NCBI GenBank assembly: GCA_963789265.1
Contig: CAWBKB010000003.1
Coordinates: forward strand, 32,001 to 96,000
Direction of reading: 5' to 3'
Source: an uncultured delta proteobacterium
GTDB taxonomy: Bacteria; Desulfobacterota; Desulfomonilia; Desulfomonilales; Desulfomonilaceae
Length of the DNA: 64,000 bases
Shown here: piece by piece, positions 1-11,084 of the stretch
How positions within the stretch are numbered: position 1 is the first letter of the stretch
Layout of the letters: each line of letters starts with the position of its first letter
The notes under the pieces: model-generated
Told to the model about the DNA's origin: nothing
What the model saw: the letters and a program-made list of their open reading frames with translations, nothing else
Database searches by the model: none
Translations under genes and position numbers: made by a program

Positions 1-867
1 GACGATCGCCACTACTGTCATAGAGGTTGGCGCCAGGGCGAACAACACGCTGCAACGAGCCACCATATAGACGCCCGCGGTCACCATGGTTGCAGCATGG
101 ATTAAGGCACTAACCGGTGTCGGACCTTCCATCGCGTCGGGAAGCCACGTGTACAGAGGTATTTGCGCGGACTTTCCGGTAGCTCCGACGAAGAGCAATA
201 ATGTGATGAGTGTTGCCAAAGTCCCGCCCGCGGCGAGTTTCTCCGGAGCAGCGGCAAAGACTTGGGTAAAGTTGAAGGTACCGAAAGTTACAAAAATGAG
301 GAACATTCCAATGAGAAACCCAAAATCTCCTACCCGGTTTACGACAAACGCTTTCTTACCCGCGTCCGAAGCGGACTGCTTCTCATAGTAATAGCCGATC
401 AAAAGATACGAGCAGAGACCGACCCCTTCCCAGCCCACGAACATCAAGAGGAAGTTGTTGGCAGTCACAAGGATCAGCATATTGAAGACAAAGAGATTCA
501 GGTAAGCGAAAAAGCGGCGGAAACCTATCTCTCCGTGCATATATCCAATTGAATAGATGTGGATAATGCACCCCACGCCGCTTACCACCATCATCATCAC
601 CATACTGAGCGGGTCAACGAGAAAACCTATGGGAACGGTCAAATTGCCCGACAACATCCACGTGTACATTATCTTCTGGAACGATCGAGATGCAGGAGGT
701 GTCCCGAGAAGCTCAAGAAATATCAGCAGAGCCACAACAAAGGAAGCGCCCACCGAAACGGCCCCAATCCAACCTATGGCCTTCTCTGAAAAGCGTTTTC
801 CTATAAGCCCGTTGATCAGGAATCCCAGCAGAGGAAACGAGGGTATTAGCCAGACCAGATCAGTCAT
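1..867 (-). CDS. nuoL: NADH-quinone oxidoreductase subunit L (5' part, runs off window)
   Basis: Manual translation from ATG 867: MTDLVWLIPS...; contains GKSAQIPLYTWLPDAMEGPTPVSALIHAATMVTAGVY, the NuoL signature; follows nuoK. Confidence 0.95.
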   Translation of the reverse strand, partial: MTDLVWLIPSFPLLGFLINGLIGKRFSEKAIGWIGAVSVGASFVVALLIFLELLGTPPASRSFQKIMYTWMLSGNLTVPIGFLVDPLSMVMMMVVSGVGCIIHIYSIGYMHGEIGFRRFFAYLNLFVFNMLILVTANNFLLMFVGWEGVGLCSYLLIGYYYEKQSASDAGKKAFVVNRVGDFGFLIGMFLIFVTFGTFNFTQVFAAAPEKLAAGGTLATLITLLLFVGATGKSAQIPLYTWLPDAMEGPTPVSALIHAATMVTAGVYMVARCSVLFALAPTSMTVVAIV

Positions 868-1008
868 TCCAAGCTCCCGATTCGCGTTCGACGATAGAAG
901 GTTCCGCTTTCACGTAAAGCATCTGACACATCAATCCTTAGTACTCAGTTTCTCAAATTCGGTCACGTATGCCGATTTGCCTAATGCCCGTACCGGAACT
1001 CTCTTCCG

Positions 1009-1073
1009 GTAGAACCGGCCTCCCCGCGTCCCGCGGGGTGCTTATGATTCGCCGGCAGGGACGCCGGCGCTAC
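1009..1073. repeat. GTAG-type REP-like palindromic element in the nuoK-nuoL spacer
   Basis: GTAGAACCGGCC...GCCGGCGCTAC with internal hairpin CCCCGCG/CGCGGGG. Confidence 0.55.
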
Positions 1074-1111
1074 TGTGTAAGTGGCACCGTACTTGTGAAA
1101 CGCAGCACCGG

Positions 1112-1414
1112 TTACCATTTCATCAAGTTGATGTCATTGACGTCGACGGTTCCTTTCATCCTGAAGATGGCAACGGCAACGGCCAGTCCTACGGCCACCT
1201 CAGCCGCGGCGATAACCATGACAAACAGGACGAATATCTGCCCTTCGATTGAGCCCAGATAATGGGAGAAGGCCACAAACGTCAGGTTGACAGAGTTCAG
1301 CATCAGTTCCAGAGACATCAGAATGATAATCAGATTTCTACGAAACATCACTCCAATGACTCCCAGGCAGAAAAGAATCGCGGACAAAAACAGATAATGT
1401 TGTAAAGTGACCAT
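1112..1414 (-). CDS. nuoK: NADH-quinone oxidoreductase subunit K
   Basis: [16 protein letters not shown] and [10 protein letters not shown] motifs, 100 aa. Confidence 0.97.
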   Translation of the reverse strand: MVTLQHYLFLSAILFCLGVIGVMFRRNLIIILMSLELMLNSVNLTFVAFSHYLGSIEGQIFVLFVMVIAAAEVAVGLAVAVAIFRMKGTVDVNDINLMKW

Positions 1415-1474
1415 TTGAGAATTCCTGAGAAAGATATAGAGTCTGTACCCGAGGACGAGCTTCTTTCAGTCTCT

Positions 1475-1975
1475 TCAAGACCTCTTCCGTGCCAGGATCA
1501 CCGTGCCGATAATTGCGGCCAGGAGCAAGATCGAGGCTATCTCGAACGGGAGGAGGTACGTGGTGAAGAGTGCCTTGGCAATGATCTGAGTATTGGACAT
1601 TTGGACGGCCTTTTCCGCGGCTGCCTTTCCCGAGGGTACAAAAACTTTCAGAATCGGGACCAGCAGCACCAGCACAACCACGGCCAAAGCAACACCTATC
1701 CACGAACGCAAAGCTCTTGGATCAATAGGCAGCCGCACCTGGTCCAGGTTAAGCAACATGATCACAAAGAGGAAGAGCACCATTACAGCTCCGGCATACA
1801 CGATGAGCTGCACCATGGCCACAAACTCTGCCTGAAGCAGGATGAATAGTCCTGCAAGGCCGATCATCGTTAGGATCATGAAAAGAACATTGTGCATGGG
1901 TCTCCGAAGGAAAACCACAAAGAAGGCTGATGCCACTGTGATGGCGCTTAAGATGTAGAAAATCAGAGCTTCCAT
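1475..1975 (-). CDS. nuoJ: NADH-quinone oxidoreductase subunit J
   Basis: AEFVAMVQLIVYAGAVMVLFLFVIMLL and YLLPFEIASILLL motifs; start moved to ATG 1975 (MEALIFY). Confidence 0.95.
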   Translation of the reverse strand: MEALIFYILSAITVASAFFVVFLRRPMHNVLFMILTMIGLAGLFILLQAEFVAMVQLIVYAGAVMVLFLFVIMLLNLDQVRLPIDPRALRSWIGVALAVVVLVLLVPILKVFVPSGKAAAEKAVQMSNTQIIAKALFTTYLLPFEIASILLLAAIIGTVILARKRS

Positions 1976-2050
1976 GGATGTTCCAAAACCTCCGCCGGTG
2001 AAGTTGGATCTACCGGCAATCACATCTGTTTAGGCTGACACGCCTGTTTT

Positions 2051-2500
2051 TCAGCCCGCCTTCTTCTTGGAGACGTACCTCGGTTCAGGAGGCTCGAGCA
2101 GCATTTCTTTGGTAAAGATGAGATCCTCCCGGCTGTATTCCGACAGCTCGTAAGCTGTGGTCATTTCTATGGCTTCTTTGGGGCAGACTTCCACACAAAA
2201 TCCACAGAATATGCACCGCCCCAGATCGAGGACGTAGCTCTCGGGATATTTTCTGTTATCGGGCTCCGCCGCTGCCTCGATCGTGATGCACTCCGCCGGG
2301 CAGACTGTGGCACAGAGCATGCACGCCACACATCGTATCTTTCCGGAGGGATGTTTGGTCAATACATGGCGGCCTCTCCACCTCGGTGCCACGTTCCATT
2401 TCTCATCCGGATATTGCAGGGTGACCTTCTTGGAGAAAAAGTAACTCAGCGTGAGTTTCAATCCCTGAATCAACGGGAGAATCATCTCGTGCAACCTCAT
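2051..2500 (-). CDS. nuoI: NADH-quinone oxidoreductase subunit I
   Basis: Two CxxCxxCxxxCP 4Fe-4S motifs, VTLQYP; start uncertain (2500 or 2485). Confidence 0.95.
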   Translation of the reverse strand: MRLHEMILPLIQGLKLTLSYFFSKKVTLQYPDEKWNVAPRWRGRHVLTKHPSGKIRCVACMLCATVCPAECITIEAAAEPDNRKYPESYVLDLGRCIFCGFCVEVCPKEAIEMTTAYELSEYSREDLIFTKEMLLEPPEPRYVSKKKAG

Positions 2501-2607
2501 CGATTTATCGGGTCTTGAAGGATTCAACTTCAGGGCCTCATTTTCGGATCCGCTTCTTCCACCGACTTGTGCCGGAGCACGGCCTCACTGCACAAAGAGG
2601 CGGACTC

Positions 2608-3642
2608 TCAGTGTGTATACTGGAGCCAGACAGTGTAAATGAACGCAGTTGCCATTACATTGAACAGCCCGGCAGGCAGCAGCACCTTCCATCCAAAGGT
2701 CATTACCCTGTCATAACGAAGTCTCGGATAAGTGCCGCGAATCCAAACGAACACGAACACAAAGAAAAACATTTTAGCCATGAACCAGAAAATGGGGGGC
2801 AGGAATGGACCTTGCCATCCCCCGAAATACAAGGTGGTCATAAGTGCGCTCAAAAAGAGCAAGTGTGCGTATTCGCCCAGGTAAAATAAACCGAACTTCA
2901 TGGAACTATACTCGGTCTGATAACCCGCTACGAGTTCATTTTCACACTCTATGAGGTCAAACGGGGTCCGAGCGATTTCAGCGCTGCCGGCTATCATGAA
3001 CAAGATAAAACCAAGCGGCTGACGGAAGACATACCACTTCAAGATCGTGTCCTGGGCCTGAACGATTTGCACCAGACTGAGTGAACCCGCCAACAGCAGC
3101 ACGCCCACCACGGAAAGGCTGAGTCCTAGTTCGTAACTTATCATCTGAGCACTGGAACGGATTGAACCCAACAGTGAGTATTTGCTGTTTGAAGCCCACC
3201 CGCCGAGCACAACGCCGTAAACGCCCAGCGATGAAATGGCAAAAATATACAGTATCCCTACATTCAGGTCGGAGACTACTCCTTGATTGAGGCCGTACTT
3301 GGAGGCTAGCGGTCCTAGAATGCTTTCCAAGCCCAAGCCTTTGGCAAAGGGGATAACTCCAAAGGGTATCAAAGCGCAGACAACTACGATCAAGGGAGCG
3401 GCGAGGTAGATCATCCTGTTGGCGCCGGATACGGTGATTTCCTCTTTCATGAAGAGCTTGACCCCGTCCGCCAGCGGCTGAAGGAGACCCCAGGGGCCAA
3501 CTCGGTTGGGACCGATCCTAACCTGGATCCAACCGAGGACTTTACGTTCAATCAGCGTCAGGTATGCCACGAAGGTCAAGACTGCTCCGATGACAAGCAG
3601 TACCTTCACGACAACCAGGATGATAGGGAGGGCGGATTCCAT
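2608..3642 (-). CDS. nuoH: NADH-quinone oxidoreductase subunit H
   Basis: ERKVLGWIQVRIGPNRVGPWGLLQPLADGVKL and PRLRYD motifs. Confidence 0.97.
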   Translation of the reverse strand: MESALPIILVVVKVLLVIGAVLTFVAYLTLIERKVLGWIQVRIGPNRVGPWGLLQPLADGVKLFMKEEITVSGANRMIYLAAPLIVVVCALIPFGVIPFAKGLGLESILGPLASKYGLNQGVVSDLNVGILYIFAISSLGVYGVVLGGWASNSKYSLLGSIRSSAQMISYELGLSLSVVGVLLLAGSLSLVQIVQAQDTILKWYVFRQPLGFILFMIAGSAEIARTPFDLIECENELVAGYQTEYSSMKFGLFYLGEYAHLLFLSALMTTLYFGGWQGPFLPPIFWFMAKMFFFVFVFVWIRGTYPRLRYDRVMTFGWKVLLPAGLFNVMATAFIYTVWLQYTH

Positions 3643-3655
3643 GTACGCAACCTCT

Positions 3656-6300
3656 TCAGCTTGCTATCTTTTCAACTTTGACTTTGACCACCGGCCGATC
3701 CCAACGGGTAATGCTGTTCAGCTTCCACTCGGGAAAATGTTGTGGGACTATGATGGAACCTTCCAACGCTCGGCGGGACGGTTTCACCTTCACTTGTATG
3801 GAGGTCCCGTCGGCATTGGTAATCTTCACGGTGTCCCCGGCCGTCAACCCCAGCGCCTTGAGATCTTTGGGGCTCATCTCCGCATCGCCGTTCGGGCAGA
3901 CTTCCTTCATTGCAGCGCTCCACTGCGACATCGAGCCTGAATGGAACTTGAGTATTCCCGGAATCAAGTACATAGTCGGCTCATCGGCAAGTGGTCCCTG
4001 AATCGCAGCCGCAGGCATAAATCGTGCCTTGCCGGCAGGGAAGCCCCCCTCGTAGAGAAGCTTCTTGCCGGTATCTTCCGCATCTACGCAGGGCCAATGA
4101 ATGCCTCCATCGGCAATCCGGTCGTAGGACACTCCTCGATAGACATTGACAAGGTCGGCGATCTCTTCCATCACCTGTTCCGGGCCGGCATAAGTCATCG
4201 AGGGTTTGCCCATGAGCGCGGCAAGGGCCGTGAAGATTTCCAGATCGCACTTGCCTCCGGTCGTCTTAAGCGCCGGGCGCAGACGTTGTACGAACCTGTC
4301 CGCGCTGGTATAGGTCCCGATCTTCTCGGCAAAGGAGGCCACCGGCAGGACCGCGTGAGCCATTTTGGCAGTAGAAGTGACGAATAGGTCCTGTACGACA
4401 AGGAACTCCAGCTTGGCCAAGGCCCTTTCGACCTGCGCTCTGTCGGGGTAGGTATCAAGCGGGTTCTCGCCCACAACATAAAGGCTTCTAATCTCACCAC
4501 TCTCAGCCTTTGCAAGGATCTCTGCGGCGCTAAGGCCCCTTTCCTGGGCAATTTAGCATCCCATGCCGCTTCGAACTTCGTTCGGGCAGCTTCATCCGTT
4601 ATGCTGTGGAAACCGGGCAGAAGTTCAGGGACCAAACCCATGTCAATGGCGCCCTGAGAGTTTGCCTTCTCACCAAGGACATGTACTCCGCATGCCTCTT
4701 TCCCGATGCGACCGGTTACAAGCGCCAGGTTCGCCGCTGCTTGAGCCGTTTCAATGTTGTTGCCCAGCCGGTTCATCCCCTGAGTAAGGATGATTGTTGC
4801 ACTTGCCGCTTTGGCATATTCCTCGGCTGCCTCCCGAATGAGGGCCGCATCCAGCCCGGTTAGTTTCGCCACGTTCTCCGGGGTGTAATCGGAAAGCGAG
4901 GCGATGAGATCATCCAAGCCTTCCGTTTTAAGATCCAAGGCTGTCCTGTCATAAAGCCCTTGATCAATGATCCACTTGAGCATGGCATTGGCCACAAGGT
5001 GTTGCGATCCGGGCCTGCTCAGCAGATAGAGACCCGGACGATCTGTAAGCTTGGTCCTCACGGAATCAATGACAATTACTCTCGCTCTGTTGCGGGCAGT
5101 AGCGCTGACCACCTCGTTCTTCGCTACGGGATGAGTCTCTGAAAGATCGGCTCCGATAAGGACAATCACCTGAGCCTTTCCGATCTCGCGAATCGAGTTG
5201 GTGCCGGCCGGGTACCCCAGCGACGGACCCAGCGCATCCACGAGCGCTCGGTATCCAAATCCGCCGGCATGGTCTAGGTGCGGGGTTTCCATGACGGTTC
5301 GGACAAACCGGTTGAAGACATAAGCCTCTTCGTTTGTAAGTCGCTCGGATCCTAACGCCGCTAGGCTCGAAGGGCCGGAAGCACTCTTTATTCTGTTCAG
5401 ACTATTCGCCACAAAGCTCAGCGCCTCGTTCCACTCCACCTCCCGCAACGATCCGTCCTTTCGGATCAAGGGCTTGGTGAGCCTTTCTTCGGAATAGATG
5501 TAAGGCCAACCGTACCGGCCTTTCACGCAAAGGTTTCCTTCGTTGGCACTGGTCGCTGGGGAAGTGACGTACACAATGTTTTTGTCTTTGGTTCCGAGAG
5601 TTAACATACAACCAAGGCTACAGAACGAACACGTGGTGTAAGTTTTCTTCAATTCAAACTCACGGCCGGTCCCCACAAGCCACTTGGAAGAGATCGCTCC
5701 CACAGGACAGATAGATGCACACTGGCCGCAGAATTCGCAATTCAAGGGACGGCCGAAATCAGTGGAAACTTCGCACGACATTCCTCTCTCAATGAAGCTC
5801 AACTCGTTTTCACCCTGAATCTCGTCGCAGATGCGCACACACATTCCGCATTTTATGCACAGGTTCATGTTGAACCGGATGAAATGCGATTCATTGTCAA
5901 CGTGGAAGTAGCGAGATTCCCGCGGAAAGGGAAGCTCTGCTATCTCGTATTCATGGACTAGCTCCTGAAGCCGGCAGTTACCCGCAGCGTCACAACTGGG
6001 GCAGAGCAGAGGATGGGACCGCAGGAGCAGTTGGAGCTGCATGCGACGACTTTCGATGAGTTTCGGGGTGTGGGTGGCCACTTCCATTCCGTCACGGGCC
6101 GGGTTGAAACACGCGGGCATGGTACGGGTGCGGCCCCGGGCAGTAACCTCAACTATGCACAACCGACATGCCCCGTACGGCACGAGTCGCTTATCGTGGC
6201 AGAGGGTCGGAACACGGATTCCGGCTTGTTGAGCGGCCTCCAGAATGGACGCACCGCGTTCGACAGTAACTTCAACGCCGTCGATGGTCAGGGTAACCAT
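3656..6300 (-). CDS. nuoG: NuoG/FdhF-like Fe-S molybdopterin-oxidoreductase-fold subunit, frameshifted near 4540
   Basis: N-terminal 2Fe-2S, HxxxCxxC and 2x4Fe-4S motifs, CxxCxxGC. ORF 4195-6300 continues in the frame of 3656-4474 (GLSAAEILAKAESGEIRSLYVVGENP) across the run AGGAAAGGGG. No Cys/Sec at the FDH catalytic position. Confidence 0.85.
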
Positions 6301-6380
6301 AGAAACTTACTCACAAAAGTGGTTGTGGACGGTTTAAAGCAGCCGGGGCCGAAGCACCCTCGTTTGCATTGAACCGGGAG

Positions 6381-8177
6381 TTATCTGATCGCTCCGAACC
6401 TGCAATTCATGATGCAGGTACGGCATTTAGTACATTTTTCCGTGTCGATTCGGGCTACCTTCTTCTTTTCCCATATAATGGCCTCGGATGGGCAGTTTCG
6501 ATAGCAGAGGCCGCACATCTTACATTTGTCCTCTATGACCACGAAGTCTATGAGGCTCGGGCAAACCAGCGCGGGACAGTGTTTGTCACGGATATGGGCG
6601 TCGTATTCGTTCCTGAAATAGCGAATCGTAGAGAGAACCGGGTTCGCCGCACTCTTCCCGAGTCCGCAATGCGAAGTGCCGTTGATATGGTGGCCCAGCT
6701 CGATGAGAAACTCCACATCTCCTTCTTGTCCTCTGCCCTCCACTATATCTGTCAGCTTTTCAAGCATCACCTTCAGGCCTTCGCGGCACGGAACGCACTT
6801 TCCGCAGGATTCTTCCACCGAGAAATCGGTAAAAAACCGTGCAGTATCTACCATGCACGTGTGGTCATCCATGACCACGACCCCGCCGGACCCCATCATA
6901 GCTCCCACGCCGGTCAAGGATTCGTAATCAATTTCGACGTCCTCCATGCCCGTGGGGATACAGCCCCCGGATGGTCCGCCTATCTGCGCTGCCTTGAACT
7001 TCCGTTTCTTGGGGATGCCTCCCCCGATATCGAAGATCAGGCTTTTCAATGAGGTCCCCATGGGGACTTCAACCAGGCCAACATTATTGACCGCGCCGGT
7101 GAGCGCAAAGACCTTTGTGCCTTTGCTTCCTTCGGTGCCGATGGACGCGAACCATTCTGCACCATGAAGTATGATGGGGTTGATGTTGGCGAAGGTTTCG
7201 ACATTGTTAAGGTTCGTAGGCTGATTCCACAGGCCCGCTTCCGCGCTGCGTGGAGGTTTGATGCGAGGCATGCCCCGTTTGCCTTCAATGGAGTACATCA
7301 GGGCCGTGGATTCGCCACAGACAAACGCGCCCGCACCGGGGTAGATTTCAATGTCGAAATTGAAGCCCTTGTCGAGGATATCGGTCCCCAGGAGTCCGTA
7401 ACCGCGAGCATCGTTAATGGCCTTCTGGAGCCGCTGAATGGCAAGCGGATACTCGGCCCGCACGTAGATGTATCCTTTTTCCGCTCCGATGGCGTATCCC
7501 GAAATAGCCATTCCTTCCAGCACTGAATGGGGATCGCCTTCCATCACAGAGCGGTCCATAAAGGCTCCCGGGTCTCCTTCGTCGCCATTGCATATCGTGA
7601 ATTTCGGGAAACTTTCGTATCGGCGGCACTCTTCCCATTTCAGCCCGGTGGGGAACCCTCCGCCCCCGCGACCCCTTAGTCCCGACTTTTTGACCTCCTC
7701 GATGACCGCTTCGGGAGTCATTTCTTCGAGGACTTTGGCCAATGCCGCATATCCGTCCCGAGCGATGTATTCGTCAATGTTTTCAGCGTCTATAAGGCCG
7801 CGGTTGCGAAGCACTGTCAATCTTTGCAGGCCAAAGAAGCCTATGTCCTTCATCAGAGGGACGCGGTCTTTGGCCATCTCTTCCTTGAAAAGGAGTTGCT
7901 CTACAATTCTACCTTTGAGCACGTGCTCTTCGACAATAAGAGGCGCGTGTTCCGGCTTAACCTGGTTGTAGAAAATGCCTTCCGGATAAACCACGACCAA
8001 AGGGCCCATTGCGCAAAAGCCGTTGCACCCGGTCATGATTATCTGCACTTCGTCCTGGAGGTTCCTTTTTGCCAATTCTTTTTCAAGCGCTTCTCTCACT
8101 TCCAAAGAACCACTGGCCATGCATCCTGTGCCTGCGCACATCATGAACTGCATTCTATAAAAAGGGCTGGCACTCAT
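6381..8177 (-). CDS. nuoF: Long NuoF / HydB(HndC)-type flavoprotein
   Basis: N-terminal Trx-like 2Fe-2S domain, GRGGGGFPTGLKW, DEGDPGAFMDR, ESCGKCVPCREG, C-terminal 2x4Fe-4S. Confidence 0.93.
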   Translation of the reverse strand: MSASPFYRMQFMMCAGTGCMASGSLEVREALEKELAKRNLQDEVQIIMTGCNGFCAMGPLVVVYPEGIFYNQVKPEHAPLIVEEHVLKGRIVEQLLFKEEMAKDRVPLMKDIGFFGLQRLTVLRNRGLIDAENIDEYIARDGYAALAKVLEEMTPEAVIEEVKKSGLRGRGGGGFPTGLKWEECRRYESFPKFTICNGDEGDPGAFMDRSVMEGDPHSVLEGMAISGYAIGAEKGYIYVRAEYPLAIQRLQKAINDARGYGLLGTDILDKGFNFDIEIYPGAGAFVCGESTALMYSIEGKRGMPRIKPPRSAEAGLWNQPTNLNNVETFANINPIILHGAEWFASIGTEGSKGTKVFALTGAVNNVGLVEVPMGTSLKSLIFDIGGGIPKKRKFKAAQIGGPSGGCIPTGMEDVEIDYESLTGVGAMMGSGGVVVMDDHTCMVDTARFFTDFSVEESCGKCVPCREGLKVMLEKLTDIVEGRGQEGDVEFLIELGHHINGTSHCGLGKSAANPVLSTIRYFRNEYDAHIRDKHCPALVCPSLIDFVVIEDKCKMCGLCYRNCPSEAIIWEKKKVARIDTEKCTKCRTCIMNCRFGAIR

Positions 8178-8249
8178 TACCGATTCTCCACCGAGTTGCC
8201 TGAAACATATACAGCAACCGAAAAACGTCTCCGATTCATGCTTGTCGCC

Positions 8250-8636
8250 TTAAGTGGCCTGTGTCTCGCTCCCGCGAGCAAGGGCGTAATCCTCAACGGC
8301 CTTGCCTCCAATGACATGCTCGTTGAATATTCGAACGGCCTTCTCTTTGGTGAGGAGGATGTATTTGACCGGCGACTGGTCGGCAACTTCGACAGTTATC
8401 ATCGGCTCTTTGGCGCACAGGCCGGCGCAACCGGAATTGGTCAGAAGAACGTTTGTGATTTCTTTCTGTGCCATGATGTTCCGAAAGGTCGTCAAAATAT
8501 CGCGGGCCCCGGCAGCAATTCCGCACGTCCCCATGTGTACGGTAATTTTTGCCCGGAACTCTCCCTCGCGGAGCACCATTTTGGTTCGTTGCTGCTCTTT
8601 GATCTTCTTGAGGTCCTGTATGGAAATTTTAGCCAT
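8250..8636 (-). CDS. Thioredoxin-like (2Fe-2S) ferredoxin (HndB-like)
   Basis: ITVHMGTCGIAAGA and GCAGLCAKEP motifs. Confidence 0.9.
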   Translation of the reverse strand: MAKISIQDLKKIKEQQRTKMVLREGEFRAKITVHMGTCGIAAGARDILTTFRNIMAQKEITNVLLTNSGCAGLCAKEPMITVEVADQSPVKYILLTKEKAVRIFNEHVIGGKAVEDYALARGSETQAT

Positions 8637-8704
8637 GATTCTCCCTCCTGGAGGATCAACCGACCTGCTTATCCACGATCCGGCGACGCGTTCACGTCTC
8701 CGGA

Positions 8705-9221
8705 TTATTGATAGCCTTCAAGTATCTTCACCGTGTCTGTCGGATTAATGTTACCGTGGGTATCCTCTCCTATCAGCATGACCGGGGCCAGACCGCAGGC
8801 CCCCAAACACCGTACTGCCTCAAGAGTGAATCTGCCGTCCTCGGAGGTTTCGCCAACATTAATGCCGACCTCTTTTACTATGTTCTCCAGGATCTCTTTC
8901 GAGCCTTTGACATAGCAGGCGGTTCCCAGGCACAGACGGATGGTATGCCTCCCTCTCGGGGTGATAGTAAAGAACGAATAGAAGGTCACAACACCATAAA
9001 TGTGAGATGAAGGAATATGCAAGCCGTCCGCTAACTTTCGCTGGACCTCCATGGGAAGATATCCGTACAAATCCTGAGCCTCTTTGAGAGCAGGGATAAG
9101 ATATCCGGCCCGACCTCCGGTACTTGTCTATGATCCCACCGAGTTTCTCCAGCTCTTCAGGCGGCAGAATCTCAACCTGCGGTTCATCTTTCTTCTTTAG
9201 TATCGAGTCTCGTTCTTGCAC
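8705..9221 (-). CDS. nuoE: NuoE / HydC(HndA)-type 2Fe-2S subunit, frameshifted near 9118
   Basis: CLGTAC and CLGACGLAP. GTG start 9221 after GGAG; N-terminus joins ...GYLIPALKEAQDLYGYLP if one base is removed near 9118. Confidence 0.88.
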
Positions 9222-9257
9222 TTTATTTTCGCTCCATAGATATTCGGCCCCCGAACT

Positions 9258-9803
9258 TCACTCGGAAGCGATCTCACGGAGTCCCGAAAGAATATTGTCC
9301 CGGATGAGTCCTATAATCTGGGGGTTGTTAATCGGGATCTCTTCCAGCTCCAAGCGTATCTCCCTTGTATCCAGGGTGTACTCTTTGCCATCTTTCTTAT
9401 GTGTGTAAACCAAATCAACTGCCGGATTGCCCTCAATCAGGGCAAGAAGCGTATCTACCATGTCGCCCATGGGCTTCCGGTCGATATGTTTATGACTCAT
9501 GAAAACCGACACCTTCGTTCCGTGTCCAGGGATGGAATCCACCTTGAGATCGCCCTCGGCTTCTCGTGCGGCCTGTTGAAACAATGACAGCCCGAGTCCC
9601 ACTTTGCGAGTGGTACGCGTCGTGGTGAAAGGATCAAGGACTTTGGCCAAGAATTCCGGGTCCATGCCACGACCGTTATCTTCGATGATTATCGTCAGCC
9701 TGTCGTCTCGCCGATTCTCCTCTATGGTTATGTTGATCAGATCGGCCCCGGCTCTCACCCCGTTTTCGGCCACGTCCAGAATGTGCAGAGAGAGATCCTG
9801 CAT
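9258..9803 (-). CDS. Stand-alone HATPase_c (histidine kinase-like ATPase) protein
   Basis: LDVAENGVRAGA, EDNGRGM, DPFTTTRTTRKVGLGL, GHGT boxes. Confidence 0.9.
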   Translation of the reverse strand: MQDLSLHILDVAENGVRAGADLINITIEENRRDDRLTIIIEDNGRGMDPEFLAKVLDPFTTTRTTRKVGLGLSLFQQAAREAEGDLKVDSIPGHGTKVSVFMSHKHIDRKPMGDMVDTLLALIEGNPAVDLVYTHKKDGKEYTLDTREIRLELEEIPINNPQIIGLIRDNILSGLREIASE

Positions 9804-9842
9804 GCCTAATGTTCAGTATACGGATCGAAATTTCTGAAAGCG

Positions 9843-10661
9843 TTACGGTCCGTCGCCCATTGTTTTCAGTTCCAGTATCCTTCTGCCCCCGCGATTGCCC
9901 AAGGCATTTCTGAACTCGTCAAAACTGGCTTCGGCGAGCATCGCCAAGGTCATCGCGGCACCCACATCTTCGAGGCAATGGGCATCGGACGAAGCGATCA
10001 TCGGGTAATCAGCGCACTGAGGGTATCTTGCCCGGAGCTTCTCGATGCCGGCTCTTTTCGAGATTTCCAGTGCGTCGAGTTGCAGCCCCTCCGGGACAAA
10101 TCCCAATTGGCCGAAGATCCCGAATCCCGCTCTATCCACATGAGATGCGATAGCCAGACCTCGATTATCGTGGACCAAGCGGACGACCTTTTCTGCGCTC
10201 AGAGTCGTGGCCCCTATGAGGAGCCTTTCGTCAAGGTCTTCTACTTGGTCATATTCATCTACTACCGCCTGGCAGCCGAACACGATTTCGTCATTCTGCC
10301 CGAAAAGCCTGGCGTAAACCTCTTCCTGGACGGCTTCGACATCCGAATCGGACGAAAACAGGCCCAAAATGTGAACTTCTTCCGAGGTGGTAATTTCCAT
10401 CCCCGGAAGAACCGTCAACCCGGTCCCTTCTGCTGCCCGCCTGGTGGCGGCCGCATTCCTCGCAGAGTTGTGATCGCAAACAGCGATCATGTCGAGGCTT
10501 TTGTCCAGAGCCGCCCGCACAATAGCCCGCGGTGTCATCTCCGCTATTTCGGTGCAGGGAGACAATACCGTATGAATGTGTAGGTCAAGCTTGTAAAGCT
10601 TAAGATCGACCTGCCAACCTCTTTTGCCTTTGGCCGCAATTCCCGGCTCTTTATCAAACAA
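9843..10661 (-). CDS. PHP-domain phosphoesterase
   Basis: DLHIHT, CDHN, GMEI, ASHVD, SSDAH motifs; true start probably a little downstream of 10661. Confidence 0.9.
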   Translation of the reverse strand: MFDKEPGIAAKGKRGWQVDLKLYKLDLHIHTVLSPCTEIAEMTPRAIVRAALDKSLDMIAVCDHNSARNAAATRRAAEGTGLTVLPGMEITTSEEVHILGLFSSDSDVEAVQEEVYARLFGQNDEIVFGCQAVVDEYDQVEDLDERLLIGATTLSAEKVVRLVHDNRGLAIASHVDRAGFGIFGQLGFVPEGLQLDALEISKRAGIEKLRARYPQCADYPMIASSDAHCLEDVGAAMTLAMLAEASFDEFRNALGNRGGRRILELKTMGDGP

Positions 10662-10717
10662 GGGCGGGGAAGCCGAGTATTGATTTGCATTCCTGATTCC
10701 ACAGCAATCCTTGCGTC

Positions 10718-11062
10718 TCAGGATATGCGGCGAACCCCCATCTCATATAGTTTGCCTGCCAACTCGTAAGTCGGCATGGAACTTACCAGAATCGGGACAC
10801 CCTGCTCTTCGGCTTTCTTCAGGGTGTCGGGCTCCGGCTCGCGGCCGCCCACAATAACTATCCCTGCCAGGTTGTTCAGGAACGCAACCGCCACGATGTT
10901 CTGATGGAGCTGTAGTGTGATCCAGAGATCACCTTCTCTGGAACCGGCGATCACATCGCTGAGAAGGTCGCTCACATATCCGCCTTCCACAATACGGCCC
11001 ATGTCAAGGCGACCTGTCCTGATTTCCAGCCCCAAAGCATCCGCTACTTCTCCCAGGGTCAT
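10718..11062 (-). CDS. DRTGG-domain protein
   Basis: GGYVSDLLSDVIA...LWITLQ.H.NIVAVA; start set to MTLGEVAD. Confidence 0.85.
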   Translation of the reverse strand: MTLGEVADALGLEIRTGRLDMGRIVEGGYVSDLLSDVIAGSREGDLWITLQLHQNIVAVAFLNNLAGIVIVGGREPEPDTLKKAEEQGVPILVSSMPTYELAGKLYEMGVRRIS

Positions 11063-11084
11063 GAATGGCTCCCCAACCCGTCGG

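Noticed and set aside
3656..6300. Formate dehydrogenase catalytic subunit or Sec-FDH
   Set aside because: No Cys/Sec-His active-site motif and no in-frame TGA; position in the nuo operon fits NuoG
7824..8711. 295-aa plus-strand ORF and similar long antisense ORFs
   Set aside because: Shadow frames of well-supported genes on the opposite strand, with no motifs
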